A stretch of DNA of 63,972 bases, filler included, from Hyphochytrium catenoides (taxonomy: Eukaryota > Protista > Hyphochytriomycota): NCBI GenBank assembly GCA_900088475.1. It is 10 parts of 10 records of this genome, joined end to end, with 100 filler letters (N's around TTAATTAATTAA, not from the genome) between each part and the next. Parts side by side here need not be neighbours in the genome. Positions count along the whole stretch, not along the records: positions 62,594 to 63,972 come from FLMG01000806.1; 9 more parts are not named here. The stretch is one strand, 5' to 3'. Below are positions 62,594 through 63,972 of the stretch, in pieces. Made by a program: the position numbers and the translations under genes. The notes beneath the pieces were generated by a model. The model made no database searches. It was given only the letters and a program-made list of their open reading frames with translations, and was not told the DNA's origin. The first letter of the stretch is position 1. Each line of letters opens with the position of its first letter.

Positions 62594-63814
62594 TGACCGT
62601 AGTAGGTTCTCGGCGTACTAAGAAGTGGCCTGGTGCCACTGTAAACCCGTAACCTAGACGTAATGAACATCAATGGTTGACAGCAGGCAGGGTTGTTACT
62701 AACTTACAAGCTATTCGTGGATCCAACGAGCAGGCGTGAGCCTGTTCGATCGAAGGACAGAGAGGAGATGCCATATCGTCGACCATCTTCAGCAGGAGGG
62801 GCAAGACAGCTCAGAGGCTCAGGAGCAGAGTTATAAGCTCCATACTGGAGCTTCCGGATATCCCAGTACTTGACACATCTACCGTTAAGAGAATACTATT
62901 AGCTCAAGGAATTAGGCGGACCTTCCTTGCAGGTGCTTAGGTCCTTTTCTTACCCATCTACGGCGCCTGCCGTGACAAGCAGGTTCTCGTCTGCGGGACA
63001 GAACGATACACAGGTAACGGCATGTGTTGATGTGCCTACTGATGGCCAGCGCCGTCTCTTCTTCCTTTGATGAGGCACTGCTGAAGCCAAGGTGTGAGCA
63101 GCACCTATGCTATGGGCAGGACCAACACCTCCATTCCCTCCACAGCCTGTGATTCGCGTGTCCCACAAGCACACTGCGCCATCTCGGCCTCCAGATGCAA
63201 TGATTGCTTTGTAAGAGGCAGGATGAATGTCAGCCCCACCAAAACCCTTGTTTAGTGAGTTCATGGATGTCACTTCTTACCATCGTTCTTATACAAAAAG
63301 CAGACGGACTTCACACTTCCTTCGTGACCGCTCAAAGAGAAAAGCTGTTGCCCTCTTGTCACGTCCCAGACAAGGCAATGCTTATCGCCTGAGGCTGTAA
63401 CCACCTTGTGATCATCTCCAGCCCAGGAGATATCAAAGATGACATTGTCATGACCTCTCCAATGGGTGCGCAATAGGCCTATGTGATGTGTTAGGTCGGG
63501 TAGAGAGGATGGATGGTCGGGTAGAGAGGATCGGGTAGAGAGGATGGTTAGCGATGCTGTAACAACTGACCTTCAGTCACTCCTTGATAAGGTTCACTGG
63601 TCAGCAGGTTGATGTTTCCGTCGTCTCCGACCACAGCAACAAGAGGCTGTGTATTTGCAAAGCTACAAACAAGAGGAGAGCCCACTGCAGCTGCGTCCTG
63701 AGCCCCTCGCCAATTAAAGAGGTCTCTAGTCGGGTCAGACTGCAAATTTGCCAATGCTGTTGTCTTGGCTAGCTCCTCAACACGGATGAAGTGGCCTGTA
63801 TTGGACGTTAGCAT
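62594..63814 (-). CDS. DTL: WD40 protein, Cdt2/DTL (denticleless)-like, partial
   Basis: HWRGHDNVIFDISWAGDDHKVVTASGDKHCLVWDV...GHEGSVKSVCF; SGGRDGAVCLWDTR; VTCVSF...LVTAGAVDG|.VKYWDIRK; RRYGISSLSFDRTGSRLLVGSTNS. The motif order matches Cdt2/DTL. Confidence 0.85.
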
Positions 63815-63972
63815 GTAAACTACGTGGTTAGATTGAGCGTCTTAGTCTACCTTGACTGCCCACTCTGGAGCTTTGTTTCGTCAGACGTCGGCCATCAGCA
63901 GCGCCAGATCCTAATTCTCTTGCTTGAACAAGCCTGTGCATCTTTCTGTTCGTCTGAAGATTTGCTAACCGG

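Noticed and set aside
63494-63547. Three copies of GGTCGGGTAGAGAGGAT-like sequence
   Set aside because: Short intronic tandem repeat in the DTL-like gene with no sign of function.

Overview
Eukaryotic, intron-rich, (GA/CT)n-rich genomic window, probably from a protist; the lineage cannot be fixed from sequence alone. It is stitched from about ten pieces joined by artificial N-TTAATTAATTAA-N linkers. Recognisable genes are a PH-domain/PGAM5-like histidine phosphatase, an EF-hand/coiled-coil protein, a complete 19-exon fused urease, a hot-dog thioesterase with a +1 frame break, a TOM1/THH1-like membrane protein fragment, a ZnT5/Msc2-like zinc transporter fragment, a long coiled-coil protein, an intron-containing bacterial-type MutS1, a decayed Ty1/copia fragment and a Cdt2/DTL WD40 fragment. 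The most striking part is a gene-sparse island at about 22.7-33.8 kb with three apparently intronless, same-strand, predicted secreted precursors that share an RxLQ motif. Two lie in a ~4.5 kb tandem duplication and encode 8-Cys cationic peptides with a conserved prepro region and a highly divergent mature domain. The third is an acidic / Ala-Thr / Lys-Arg-rich block protein. Exon and repeat boundaries were read by eye and are approximate.
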